Source: the human T2T-CHM13v2.0 reference genome, Homo sapiens. Taken from it: a DNA stretch of 64,000 nt. Within the stretch, counting starts at the first letter, position 1. Each line of letters opens with the position of its first letter. Below are positions 17,356-36,420 of this stretch, in pieces. The notes under the pieces were generated by a model. The model did no database searches and was not told the origin of the DNA. It was given only the letters and a program-made list of their open reading frames with translations. A program made the position numbers and the translations under genes. The stretch is taken from NCBI RefSeq assembly GCF_009914755.1, contig NC_060931.1, one strand, 5' to 3'.

Positions 17356-18545
17356 AATTACTTTTAGCATTTCTTGCAAAGCAGATCTACTGGCAATAAA
17401 TTCCCTCTGTTTTTGATTGTTTGAGAAAGTCTTTATTTCCCCCTTCACTTCTGGAGAATAATTTCACAGAATACAGTTGGTAGTTTTTTCTCTCAACATT
17501 TTAAATATCTACCTTCACTCTCTTCTGTTTTTTTTTTTTTTTTGGTATTTGAGGAAAAGTTGGATGGAATTCTATTTTCTCCTCCATAAGTAATGATTTT
17601 CCCTTGTGCTTCTTTCTTTCAGTATTTTTTCTTTATCTTTGATTTTCTGTAGTTTAAAATGATGTGCCTATTTGTTTTTTTTTTTTGTTTGTTTTGTATT
17701 TTTCTTTCCTTTTTCTTTTGCATTTATTCTACTTGGTGTTCCCTGGGCTTCCAGATTTGTGGTTTTGTATCTGATATTAATTTGGGGGAAATTCTTAGTC
17801 GTCTGTTCTTCTGTTTTTTCTTTCTTCTCCCTGTAATCCCATTAGATGTATTTACACCTCTTATAGTTGTCCCACAGTTCTTGGATATTTTATTTTGGGT
17901 TTTTTTTTCCAGTATGTTTTCTGTTTGCTTTTATGTTTTGGAGGTCTATTGAGATATCCTCAAGTGCAGAGATTCTTTCCTCAGCTGTGTTCATTCTACT
18001 AATCAGTCCACCAAAGGTATTCTTCATTTCAGTTACAGTGTTTTTATTCTCTAGTATTTCTTTTTGATTTCCTTCACAGCATTGCTGTCTCTGCTTACAC
18101 AATCCATCTGTTCTTGTTCTTGTATACTGTTTACTTTGTCCGTTAGAGTCCTTAGCATATTAATCCCTGCTGTTTTGAATTCCTGGTCTGATACTTCCAA
18201 CATCCTTGCCATATCTGAGTCTGGCTCTGATACTTTCTCTGTCCTTTTTTTTTTTTTTTTTTGCTTTTTAGTATGTTTTGTAATTATTTCTTGATAGCTG
18301 TACATAATGTATTGAATAAAAGGAATTTCTGTAAATAGGCCTCTAGTAACATGGTGCTAAGGTCTTGGAGGAAGGGAGGCATTGTATAGTCAGTCCCATG
18401 ATTAAATCTCAGCCCTCTGAATTATGAACTTCACACATGCCTCTTAGCCCCCACCAGTGATGCTCCCCAGCCCAGATCAGTTAGGCTCTGATAAAAACCC
18501 CAGCAAGTTAGGCTCTGGTTAAATGGTTTCTCCTGAGGGCAGGGC

Positions 18546-18842
<297 letters not shown>

Positions 18843-20012
18843 AGATAGGTCTTATTGAGAACAGAACACAATGACTTATTCCACAGTGGTTTATTGTCCC
18901 CTGCTCTTGCCAGAAACATAAATGGATTTTTCTTTACTATTCATTATGAAAACTTAATAGAGCTCCAAGAGATAAAACTTACAAAAGTTCAAGTGCCCTC
19001 TGATGATTGAATCCCTCTGGAGTCTTTATCTCTCAGATATGTCCACACTAAGCCTCCAGCAATTTGCCAATTAAAGTTTAGATTTTTCTACCATGGTGCC
19101 GGTTCCCATGGAAGTTTCAGCTCATGAGTTTCTCCTCCAGTAAGTTGTGATTTTCTGTTTTACCTGTTGGTTTCTCCAACTTGAGAGGCAGTGGTTCTCC
19201 CTGTGACCTCATTTTCTTATAGATCTAAGAATTGTTGATTTTTCAATTTGTTCATATTTTTGTTTGCTGTTATTAGAAAAGCAATTTTCAAGCTTCTTAC
19301 ATGCTGGACTGAAAACTGACTTGCTTCATTTTCAAAATTATGAGTACAGATTGCTATTTCAATAAGTAATTAATTTTTAAAATTTGACTATTTCTCATTA
19401 GATCATATTATCAATAAGTATTTCTGGAGCCTTAATTGGTGTACCAGATAATATGGTTTGAAAGACTTGATTTTTATCACCAAAGACCTTATAATCTGGT
19501 TTAGGAATGATTGATTTATCCTAAGCGTTAGATTCTAATATAAATTTAGTGCATTAAAATGCTTAGGAAACTCTGATTTGCATTTTAGTCAGTAAAAATA
19601 TATCACCCACATGAAAAGATATTGCATTTAAGTACTTTTATTGTACTTTAAATAATAGAACAAAGATTTTTACCTGTAAGCAAATTGTAATATAAGATCA
19701 TTAAGTTATGAAAATAACTCAGTATCATGACATCATGTACCATTTGTAATAAATAAGTACATAATAGAACAGGAGTAGCAGTGTTTGACAAGGAGATAAT
19801 ATACATGGTAATTGATTGATGTCTAGATAGAATAAGTATTTCAGCCAAGTAAAACAAAATAGCCACACTTAGCTAACTTGTCAGTCAGAAAGTTTGGAAA
19901 CCTTGGTTAAAGTGATATTTTATGGCTTTTTCAGATACATGCCAATTTACAAGTAAATTTCAGTCATTGGTTGTTCTGGATTATAATTTTACATATTTTA
20001 ACTTTCCTCTGG

Positions 20013-20325
20013 TTTTATTTATTTATTTATTTATTTATTTTTAGATGGAGTCTCTCTCTGTCGCCCCTGCGGAAGTGCAGTGGCGCCATCTTGGCTCACT
20101 GCAAGCTCCGCCTGCTGGGTTCACGCCATTCTCCTGCCTCAGCCTCCCGAGTAGCTGGGACTACATGCGTCCGCCACCACGCCCGGCTAATTTTTTGCAT
20201 TTTTTTTAGTAGAGACAGGGTTTCACAGTGTTAGCCAGGATGGTCTCGATCTCCTGACCTCGTGATCTGCCCGCCTTGGCCTCCCAAAGTGCCGGGATTA
20301 CAGGCGTGAGCCACCGCACTTGGCC
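20013..20325 (-). mobile_element. AluY
   Basis: 'gcaagctccgcc...ttcacgccattctcc', 'ttagccaggatggtctcgatctcc'; many CpGs retained. Confidence 0.93.
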
Positions 20326-20401
20326 TAACCTTTCCTGTTTTTATTGATGACATATAAGGGACTATTATTACAAATAAAAGACATAAGAAAGATACAAATC
20401 A

Positions 20402-21086
<685 letters not shown>

Positions 21087-21164
21087 TAAAATATTTAAAA
21101 ATAATAGCGCCTCCATATGTGTGTACATACTCATAGATATTATTTGCTATTGGTAGAAGTCATT

Positions 21165-21940
21165 GTGGTTAGCACCCCAACATCTATTTCATCCTAGATC
21201 ATTAATCTAAGTCAATCATGAAAATTCCATCCCCTTTACCAGTGATTGGTTCAGAAATGGGCATGTGACATAATTCTACTTGATGAGGTATAAAGGGCTA
21301 TCTGCTGGAATACATCAGGGAGTTTCCCTGCTCCTAAGAGAAAATTGAAGAAAAGATGCTTTTTCTTCTTGAGTTTGCTATTTCTTGTCTGAATATGAGT
21401 TCTAGAACTGATGCATCTCTTGTTATCAGCAAGAAGCTGATCTCAAGAGTGAATGGTGGAAAAATGGAGTCTTTGATAAATGTCATTGGGCTGCTGAATC
21501 AATCTAACTTGAAGACTGTTGCATTCTTACTCTATAATAGGGCAGGGTAGGTTATGTTTATTCTGCTAAATAACAAACACTCCCTATATCTCAGTAGCTT
21601 AAACTAACAAAAGACGTAATTTTTGCTCATACTACATGTCCATCATGGGTCAGCAGGGACCTGTTTTCAATGTCTTCTTTACTGAGGGATGCAAGCTGAT
21701 GGCTCCTCCTTCATTTGAAATGTTCCCTTTTGGATACTGTGGCAAGCAAATGGGAACATGATAAATTGTGCATCAGCCTGTAAAGGCTTCTACCTGGAAG
21801 CGATGAACATTACTTTTGCTTACATTTCATCATGCAAAGCAATTAATATAGCTATCTCTAACCTAAAAGGGGTGGGGAGGAGCATTTTTGCCATGTGTGT
21901 GGAAGGGAAGAAGCAGTCAATGTATATCAAAAGGACCACA
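21165..21940. mobile_element. Two abutting old MaLR LTR fragments (MLT1J/K/L type) in opposite orientations
   Basis: 'cagtgattggttcagaaatgggcatgtgac' (+); 'atctcagtagcttaaactaacaaaag...gctcatactacatgtcc' (-). Confidence 0.6.
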
Positions 21941-21944
21941 AATA

Positions 21945-24270
<2,326 letters not shown>

Positions 24271-24371
24271 TCATTTTTGATATTTTTGCTTGTGATTAAA
24301 ATAGAACTTATATTGATCATGTGTGTGTTTGGTGGTTTAGTATTTCGACATCTCAAATGTCAAAATAATGA

Positions 24372-24813
<442 letters not shown>

Positions 24814-24842
24814 TAAAAAAGTAATGTTAAATAAGAATCTAA

Positions 24843-25232
<390 letters not shown>

Positions 25233-25384
25233 TAAGACACACGGAGTGTTTTTTTTTTTAGACTTGCCCACAGTCTGGTTTTGTTGATAACATCCCCATG
25301 GTATTATTTAACATGTTTCTCTGTCCTTTGCAGTTTCAGTAAATTAGCAGGTTAATCTAGAAAATTTGCTTTCAAGAGATGATC

Positions 25385-25521
25385 ATGGAGTGTAGCCTCA
25401 GCACTCCCACTTGTTAGAAATGAAACTGACTAGACTTTACCCTAAACCTATTTAATCAGAAACTCTGGACTTGCAGTCCAGCAGTCTGATTTAACAAGCC
25501 TTTTGGGTTCTCCTAATCCCA
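25385..25521. mobile_element. MER5A (hAT-Charlie) fragment
   Basis: 'cttgttagaaatg...aatcagaaactctgg...cagcagtctgatttaacaagcc'. Confidence 0.7.
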
Positions 25522-25746
25522 CTGATGTTTGCAAATGACTGACCTAGGTCTTTGGTCCATTTTAGGTTTGATTTGTTGGCAAGACTACTTCATAGTAATG
25601 GTGTATTCTTTTAAAAGGCATATAGTATCTGATTATCTTTTATTTTATAACCAGCCATGCTCAGCACTTAGATCCATGAGGGTATAGTAGAAATTGCAAA
25701 ATGGAGATAGCGTATTGTCCCTTCTTCACTTATTACCTGAAACACA

Positions 25747-25810
25747 GAGTGTTACAGCTCTTATGGAATTTGTCTAGCAGGTTTTTTGGTCTTCACAGGA
25801 AACTTCCCCT
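25747..25810 (+). pseudogene. U7 snRNA pseudogene (RNU7-type retrocopy)
   Basis: 'gagtgttacagctcttatggaatttgtctagcaggttttttggtcttcacaggaaac' aligns to U7 as recalled (CAGTGTTACAGCTCTTTTAGAATTTGTCTAGTAGGCTTTCTGG...). The U7-specific Sm site AATTTGTCTAG is intact at 25767-25777, and an A-rich tail follows. Confidence 0.9.
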
Positions 25811-25929
25811 TCCCCAACAAAACAAGAGAGAAATAGTCCTCATTTACTATTTAATAACCCAGTGTCCTTAAACAATCTTAAACATGCTGAGAAGTTTAAA
25901 GAATAGTACAATGAAAACCCATATACTAG

Positions 25930-26170
25930 AATTGGTTCATGGTTCTACCGGCTATATACAAAGCCTAGTGTCAGCAACTGCCTCTGGTGAGGGGCTCAGG
26001 AAGCTTACAATGCTGGCAGAAGGTGAAGAGAGCCAGCACATCACATGGCAGGAGCAGGAGAGACAGAGAGGGAGAGGGAGAGGGAGAGGGAGGGGAGGGG
26101 GGATGGGGGGAAGGGGGAGGGGGGGAAGGGGGAGGGGGAGAGGGGGGAGGGGGAGAGGGAGAGGGAGGGG

Positions 26171-26209
<39 letters not shown>

Positions 26210-26390
26210 TCTTAAACAACCAGGTCTCACACAAACTCAGAGAACTTATTCATTATCATGAGAATGGCACTAAGGCATTAATGAGGGATTCGCACCTGTG
26301 ATCCAACACCTCCCACTAGGCCCCGCCTCTAACATGGGAGATTATAGTTTAATATGAGATTTGGAGGGAACAAACATCCAACCCATATCA
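25930..26390 (-). mobile_element. MaLR LTR (MSTB type) with an expanded G/A tract
   Basis: 'ctcaggaagcttacaat...gcagaaggtgaag'; ends 'aacatccaacccatatca'. Confidence 0.85.
26059..26202 (+). repeat. G-rich polypurine low-complexity tract followed by (GA)n
   Basis: About 140 bp almost entirely G/A. Confidence 0.95.
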
Positions 26391-27081
26391 CATTGCATAT
26401 GGTTGTCATGTCTCTTTAGTTTCCTTTAATCTAGAATAGTTCCCTCTCCTGTTTATCTTTCATGGCATTAACATTTTTCAAGAGTTAGAGCAATATGTTT
26501 CAGAGAATGTTCCACAATCTGGATTTGATTGTTTTCTTGTGCTAATATTTAGGTTAAACATTTTTGGGAAAATACAATATAGATTATGTTATATACTTCC
26601 AATACCATCACATCAAGAGTCATATCATGACAATGTGTTCCATTACTGGGGATCCTATATTTGATCACTTGGTTAAAGTGATAACTGCTAGATTCTTCTA
26701 TTGTGAAAAAAGAAAAGTTTATTTTATGAACCTGATTTTATGTAGTTTAATTAACACCATGTAAGGAAAAATTTGAAGTGACTTGTTACTATCATAAAAT
26801 AGATTTAAAATCCAGTTATAATTTTCCAAATAGCATTATTCTACACAGAACCTACCTTATTCTATTTTTTCCAAGTCATCACAAAATTCACTCTGGAGAT
26901 CTTTTCTTGGCAAAAATGCCTCAGCTGAAATTTTTGTTCTTGTTCGTTTTTGTCCATTAAATACATGCTTAATAATGTAAACATTTACAGTCTCTTTTTA
27001 AGAAACTTTGCAAGAAGATTAAATTATTTCAGGCTCTCAAGATGAAAGAGATAAAAGGAATTTTACCTATGTGCTCACAGA

Positions 27082-27096
27082 ATATATATATATGTA

Positions 27097-27132
<36 letters not shown>

Positions 27133-27144
27133 CAGCAACTACTG

Positions 27145-27204
<60 letters not shown>
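27082..27204. repeat. Compound microsatellite (TA)(TG)(TA)-spacer-(TA)(CA)(TA)
   Basis: Directly visible. Confidence 0.95.
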
Positions 27205-27205
<1 letters not shown>

Positions 27206-30042
27206 AGATTTTCAGCCTTTGGAGAAAATAACTTTACTCTCCTTGAATTCTCGGTATCAAAACCAGAATTCTTTCCTTCATTCTGTATATGTTTCAAGTA
27301 ATTTTTGTTATGACTAGAAAGGAAGACTAGTTGCGTGTATATTGTTATAGTTGTACAGTGAAATGATTCTCATATTCTACTTGGAGTTTTGGAAAATATC
27401 TCTATTCATGTATTACTTTGATATTTGAGTGCCCTTCTTTGGCTACTTTATTAATCACATCATTTCAGATGTAATTTTGTTTTGATTTCCAATTCTGCCT
27501 TACTTTTTCCTTAGTTGTTTTTCCTTACTCGTCTTTCTCTTTTCAGTCCTTCCTTGAGTGCTCTGTGTGTGCACATGAGTGCACATGCTAGTGAAGAGAA
27601 TGACTGCTTTCCAATTGAATTACCTTCCAGGAGTATTTAGAACTAATAATACATTCATATATGTGGTAACCTTAGTTTACAAATATTTCTGTTAATAATG
27701 ATATGCTACAAGATATGAGACTGGTTTCTTACCATCCTTAATAATACAAACTAATTATTAGTCAATTAGGCTAATTAATTTTATAGGCTTAATGTAAGCA
27801 GAAATTATATGTATCACTAACCTCACCTCACCCTTTTGTGTCATGGACAGTCCTTGACTATAGCTGAGTGCCTTCAAGAACACTGGAGCCACATCTTCTA
27901 ATTAGGAACCTTTTCTTCCCAGGTGCTTCTGATCTCTTGTCTCTCTGTTCCCTACCACTATACCACTCCATCCCGTGGTCTTTTGGGTTTTTTGCAAGTC
28001 TGTAGCCACACATTTGATATTACAAGCACAATTATTTTTTATTGAAGGATACCAGATCATTCCTTTCAAATAGAGTGTGTTATTTGGCTCACAGTTCTAT
28101 TTTTCATGCCCCATCACACTTCGCTACACGGCAATGGGAAAGGAAATGTAGCAGGAAATGATTTGGGCCAAAACTACTGTGGGACAGCCATGAGAGGCCT
28201 GAGAAGCAGTTCTCTGGGAGGTAGGGCCAAGTGTCGAGTGTCAGTGTCTTGGCTGTCTGACAGGGCATGAAAGGGGATCCCAGGCTTAACCTGATTGGGG
28301 CTGGGGGGCTGTGAGACCTTGCTGATCTAGGAGCCTCAGCACCCTAGCGGGGATCTATCACCAGGCTGAAGGCAGGCGTGCACAGTCAGGCTTCTGATGC
28401 CCCTGAGACCATCTAATTCTCAGAAGCCACTCCCTCAGATCCCACAGAGTGGTTGGCCTGCCCTCCTCTAGCAACCCTTGTGGTGGTCTTGAGCTACGTA
28501 TAACTCCAGAGTGTTTGCTCAGCTGCTGTGGGACTCCTTGCCCAAGAGACCTAGCCCTGTGAAAAAACTGTGTGACAGTTTGAACCAATAAAACATCTTG
28601 GTTCTCCATGGCAGAAAAGAAACTTGGATTCTATGAATGTGAATAGCATACCTTTTTCTTTTCTAGGCTGGTAAATATGCTACTGTATAAACTGACTTAC
28701 TTTTCATCGCTCAAAGATGAATGCCGATCATCCAAATTATATCTTTAAAAGAGCCATAGATCTTTAAAAGTATTTCATTCTTAGCTGCCTTCAAACTTTT
28801 TAGAGAACTGTCTTTCATAATGCACTACAAAAATAAAAACAGTCACCACTGTCTCCTGGCTTACACCAACACATTGTTGTCTTTTTATGTTTTCTTTTTG
28901 GTCAAAGTCTCTACTTAACCAAAAAAAAGAAAAGTTTTTATTTTTGTTCAGAACAAAAATCCAGTGTCAACAAAAACAGAACACAAAAGAACACATTCCT
29001 TTATATTTTGAAGTTTGGTCACTGCTGCAGAAAGAACAGCCTGATATTGGTGTATCAACACAATGGCAAATAAGATGTTAAAAAACCTAGACCTTTATTA
29101 TGAATCCTTGACATCTTTTATCGAACAGGAGAATCATACATACAGTACAAGGAAATCTTCAGATTCATTAATTCCCTCAATAGAACCTAAAAAAAATGAG
29201 AATTGTATTACATTTTATCAATAGCTTACCCACTACATATGACGGCATAAAAATAGTCACTATGCCATCATTTTTTGAAAAAGAGAGGCAAATGTATATG
29301 GCGAAGAGGTAAGAGGATTTATGGATCACATTTTAAACACAAAGTGATAAAATTATCAGCTTGTGGTCTATTTTTAAGCTCATAAGTGGAATTTAGGTTG
29401 TTACTAGGGAACAGATATTGAGCACAGGTGAGCCACCTTTACCTTGGGTTCCTAAATGGCCACCATGCAGCAGAGGTACCATCTGGCAACATGTATCTCA
29501 GGCTGGGACATGACCAAAAAGTCAATTTATTTGTTTCTTTAAGCCTGTAAGCTTTGGTTGTGGGAGATCCTCTTTGATGCAGCAGTTTAGCCTTACCCCG
29601 ATGAACATATCTGTGTACATGTGCCTTCACTATGCAGGACACAAACTGATTGAATAATAACATTACAATCGCATCTTGCAACAGGCATATTTTATGTTTT
29701 TTAAGAGACAGTTTCATGGTGTTCCCGCTTTTGTATGTTGAAAGAATCTCAACTAGGAAGTAATTCCTCCACAAAAAAATGGAAATTTAGATCTTTGTTT
29801 CTCACATTGCAGATGATAGTCCTGATAAGGCTGAAGACTCAGCTCAGGCTAGATATACTGGGATCTATGATAGAAATGTGTTATCACAAAGAATAAGTGG
29901 CTTGAAGAATCATTCTAGGTGTCGCAAGATCCTGAAAGCGGAGGAAATAAAAGCAGTAATCAGAATGCACTGTGGAATATATTCTGTATAGTTCAGTAAA
30001 ATTTATATTCTTCAGTTCTCTTTGGAGAATGAGTTTGGTCAT

Positions 30043-30044
<2 letters not shown>

Positions 30045-30076
<32 letters not shown>

Positions 30077-30356
30077 GGGTCTCACTCTGTCACCCAGCCT
30101 GGTGTGCAGTGGCATGATCTCAGCTCACTGCAGCCTCAACCTTCCCTACTGAAGTGATCCTCTCACCTCAGCTTCCTGAGTAGTTGGGATCACAGGCACA
30201 TGCCACTACACCCAGCTAATTTTTTTGTAGAATTTTTTGTAGAGATGGGGTTCTGCCCTATTGCTCAGGCTGGTCTCAAATTGCTGGGCTCAAGTGATCT
30301 GCCTGCCTCAGCCTCTCAAAGTGTTGGGATTACAGGTGTGAGCCACAGCACCTGGC
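30045..30356 (-). mobile_element. AluJ
   Basis: TSD tggtcattctt. Confidence 0.92.
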
Positions 30357-30987
30357 TGGTCATTCTTCAAAAATCACTTTGTTGTCTTCATAAAGCTTAT
30401 GTACTGCAAAAAATATATATTATACTTTTGGCTCCTAAATTATTCTATTATCATAAAGAGTCTAATGACAAGTGTAAGAAAAACAGCAGTATCTCTTAAG
30501 GATTTCCCTTTTAACCTGGTTTATTTTATATGAAGCATATTCCAGTGAATCTCAGAATCATTACTGTTTTAGGTGCAGAAAAGATGAGAAAATCTGGGGC
30601 ACTACCTTCCCCACTTTTCAATTTATAGGTAAAGAACCTAAGGCAGAGAGAGAGGGGGCAATTTGCCTGAGTCTCCTAGTTCACCATCTGAACCTAGTTT
30701 CTCATCCATTTAGAGCACAGATGAGAAACACCTTAGTGTGTGTTACTGGGGCAGGATTTATGCACAGATAAAATAGGTAGCTGTCAATGTGGCACCATAT
30801 GAAGTGTTCTTGGAAGAGCCAATATTCTCCTGCCATTTTGCCAGGAGGGCTGAAGTAGCTGCTCCTAATGAAAGACACACACACCACGTGGGAAGTATCA
30901 CATTAAGTAGTAACCCGCTGATAACATGACCACATACACAAAGTTTTAAGGTTGGCTTTTTAATGCTGAGAAAGAATATAAGATAGG

Positions 30988-31394
<407 letters not shown>

Positions 31395-32515
31395 TTATGT
31401 AAAATGTACAAGATTCTCTGAGGGCCTTGGGCCCCTGGAAATTGATACCCCCTCAAAATAGAGCAGCACTAATAAAAGGAGGTTTGAATGGCAGCAAATA
31501 TGAAATATGTCACTTGTATAATTTTGCTTAGAAACAGGTTTTTATATAAACAAAAGACGATTAGAGTTGTGTAAATGTGCTTTCTGCACTTCTCATTGGA
31601 CATAACATAAAGAGAAGGTGTGGAATTAACCATGGTTTATGGCACTAGTGAATCCAATTTATTCACTTTCATAAGACTTAAAAGTTCATGAATGTTTTCA
31701 AATAATTCTTTCAATAATCTTTGAGGAAAGTATTGTAATTGTAATTATAATTATTCATATTGCATTTATTCATTTATTTGTTAAACCAGCTAATATTTTT
31801 TGAACACCTTTCATGTGCCAGGCTAGAGATACCTGATGAACAAAAGAAACAGTAATCTCTGTCCTTGGAGACCACAGAGGTATGGGGACCTTCTTATATA
31901 TAACTTTGGAGGATATTCAGCTACCTAGGACTCAAAAAATATCAGGGCATTTGAAAAAAGAGGTTGAGAGGAGACTTTCTTTTAGAAGACCACATGAAGT
32001 CTAGTTGGGAACATATATCATTCAAGTACATATCTGGAAAGTTTCATAGTTTGAGAAAGTGGATGTAGGAAATGCCAGCGAGACTGAGGTCTTGAATTCA
32101 ATTCTGTCCAAACTAAGATTATTACCCTTGAAACAGATTTGTTGCAATATGGCTTAATTCATATGCCCATGCTAATAATCTGATCGCTCCCTATTTCTAT
32201 TTTATTATTATTACCAAACTTATGTTACCATTCAGGAGCTAGTGTTACATTATAGGATCATTTGTAAAGCCAAACTGAAGGTTTTCAGACACAGGAGACC
32301 TAGGAATGTGAAAAGCCAACCCAAGTCTCCTGGAAGCAAGAAAAACCCACAACTGAGCTAAACTTTGCAAAAGCCAGCAAGCTGAGCAGGCATGTCATAT
32401 CGGGGAGCAAGCCAAACACATTTCCCAGATCTGCAAAGAAACCAGTGATCATCCATCAGCAGAGAGAGAGAGTCTTTGGTTAAATGGGATGGCGAGCAAG
32501 CCATCAGAAGCTCCT

Positions 32516-32610
32516 CAGCCCAGCAAGATCTCAAACAAAAGAACAGCATCTCTAACTATACAGCCCAGCAAGATCTCAAACAAAGGAACAGCATCTCTAG
32601 CTATACAGCC
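32516..32610. repeat. 45-bp tandem duplication
   Basis: cagcccagcaagatctcaaacaaa(a/g)gaacagcatctcta(a/g)ctata x2, 2 mismatches. Confidence 0.95.
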
Positions 32611-32914
32611 TAAGTTCCTGTGTGACTTATTTACTGAATAAAATGCATTTCCTAGGGTAGTCCACTTTAATAATATAGTTTAACAACAGCAGGCTTCTGT
32701 TTTTGACCAAGGCTCAGTTATTCCTAGTCACTGAAATTAGATTTAACTGCAGCACCTGAGAGGCTCAAAGAATTAATAAGAATGCCTCAGTGACAGTTAC
32801 AGATTGACAAGGGTCAGGTGGCCACACACAAACATTTAATCAAAGATTTTTGAAGAGTCTTTTGTCTTGCTTTCTTCTTCATTCTCCTCATTTGGTTCAA
32901 GAGTTGGTGCGTAT

Positions 32915-32995
32915 ATGTGTTAGTCTGTGTGTGTCTGTATGTGCGTGTGTGTCTGTGTGTGTGTGTGAGACAGAGAGAGAGAGAGAGACAGAGGC
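32915..32995. repeat. Imperfect (TG)n(GA)n microsatellite
   Basis: Directly visible. Confidence 0.9.
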
Positions 32996-32997
32996 AC

Positions 32998-33541
32998 ATG
33001 TGCTATGAATACCTTTGTAGTCTTATGACATCTATTGAAATCTCAGAATAATCTAAGTTTGTTAAATAAAATATCATTACAAAGGTAACCAAATATGATG
33101 AAATATAGTTATCAAAATACTAAAATAAAAGCAAATCCATGATGATGGTGTTGTATGTGATTCTTCATTAGTATATTACACAACAAGATCTAGGGTAGAT
33201 CTACAAATTGCCCATTTCAAAGTGATGATGAGCATAGAAGACATTTTGAGACACTGCAACACTGTAGTATAATATGAAAATATTTGTAATTTCTATGGGT
33301 GATATTTACAGGTATTCCCAATAGTACTGTGGTCTATGACTGATGTTCATAAATAAGGAGATGCTAAATTTCTATTAGAGGTTAGTAAAATAAAGATATA
33401 GTATTTATTTTCTATGTTTAAATATAGAGATGTATGAAGAGATATGTAAATTATGTTCTATAAATTCAAGTAAGACACTTTTTTTCCCATTCATATTCAT
33501 AGAATCCTGAATTCTATTCCAGACTCCAGGTTTAGAACCAT
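32998..33541. mobile_element. hAT-Charlie DNA transposon (MER119-like)
   Basis: 'ttacaaaggtaaccaaatatgatgaaatatagttatcaaaata...ccaggtttagaacca'. Confidence 0.7.
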
Positions 33542-33575
33542 TGATTAATTAGCCAAGTCTTTTCTTTGTTTTAAA

Positions 33576-33850
33576 CTAGAGTTTGCAAACTAGTAGAATG
33601 TGGGCCAAACTGGTCCTCAGAGGTGTTTGATAGGAGTTGCCAGTGTTAAAGTTTTCGATTATTTGTATATAAATAACCAGATTTGCAGCTCCTCTTGAAA
33701 AATGGAAATACGTAACAACACTGGGCTAAATATTACATGGCTAAAACTGGCTGGAGCTCAGTTGCAGCTTCCTCACGTATACAGGGCATGGGCCCTCCTC
33801 CTGCCCTAGGTCCCAGCTGGCTCACTTCACTCACAGATACCACCTCTGTG
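33576..33850. mobile_element. hAT DNA transposon (MER102-like)
   Basis: 'ccagatttgcagctcctcttgaaaaatggaa...aacactgggc...actggctggagc'. Confidence 0.6.
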
Positions 33851-33904
33851 GCCATTTCAGATTTCTGTCCTCCAAAAATCGTAAGATAATAAATTTGTGT
33901 TTTT

Positions 33905-34190
33905 GGCCGGGCACAGTGGCTCATGCCTATAATCCCAGCATTTTTGTAGGCCGAGGCTGGTGGATCACGTGAGCCCAGGAGTTTAAGACTGGCCCAGGCA
34001 ACAGCCTGAAATCCCATCTCTACAAAAAATACAAAAATTAGCTGAGCATGGTAGCACATACCTATGGTTACAGCTACTCAAGAGGCTGAGGTGGGAGCTT
34101 TGCCTGTGCCTGGGAGGCCGAGGCTGCAGTGAGCCATGATCATGCCACTGCACTCAAGCCTGGGCAACAGAACAACATTTAAAAAAAAAA
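33905..34190 (+). mobile_element. AluJ inside an MLT1 LTR 3' end (about 33850-34252)
   Basis: Alu dimer; flanks 'gtaagataataaatttgtgtt' and 'ggtaacttgttgcagcagc...actaataca' are an MLT1 terminus. Confidence 0.85.
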
Positions 34191-34437
34191 TTGTGCTGTT
34201 TTAAGGTGCTAAATTTTGGTAACTTGTTGCAGCAGCAGTTAGAGACTAATACAAGTACCAACTATGGCAGGCACTGTTATAGAAAGCATCTTGAAGTTAT
34301 CTATTCAGGACGTTTTCCAACGTAAGACTATAAACTTCCTGTGGCCAAGTACTGTGTCTTATTCAGTTATAAATTCAGTACCTACAAGTGCCTAGTACAA
34401 AAGAAGAAATCAAAAAACACTTGTGGAATTCAACTGA

Positions 34438-34750
<313 letters not shown>

Positions 34751-35049
34751 TTGAATTAGTATTTCTTAAACCCTATGTCTCTTAGTCTGCATGATGATAG
34801 TGGTGGACAGTGATTTAACTCTGTTTTGTTCTTGGCTTTCTGGCAACATAACTGTGATCACAATCAGACAGTCTTAGAGATGGATGGAACCTCAAAATAT
34901 GGAGTACTTTAAGGAGTTGCTTTGAACCTATTCTGATTGAGTGGGGGTTACCTAATAAATTTACAAACATTAAAAAACCCATGAAACTATTTCATGCAAC
35001 AATTTGCTTTAGAAGTTACCTGCATTTTACTATTACTTTGGGATAGTCA

Positions 35050-36420
<1,371 letters not shown>

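Noticed and set aside
25884-26301. RG-rich and poly-Pro ORFs resembling RGG or extensin proteins
   Set aside because: They are artefacts of the G/A low-complexity tract in an MST LTR.
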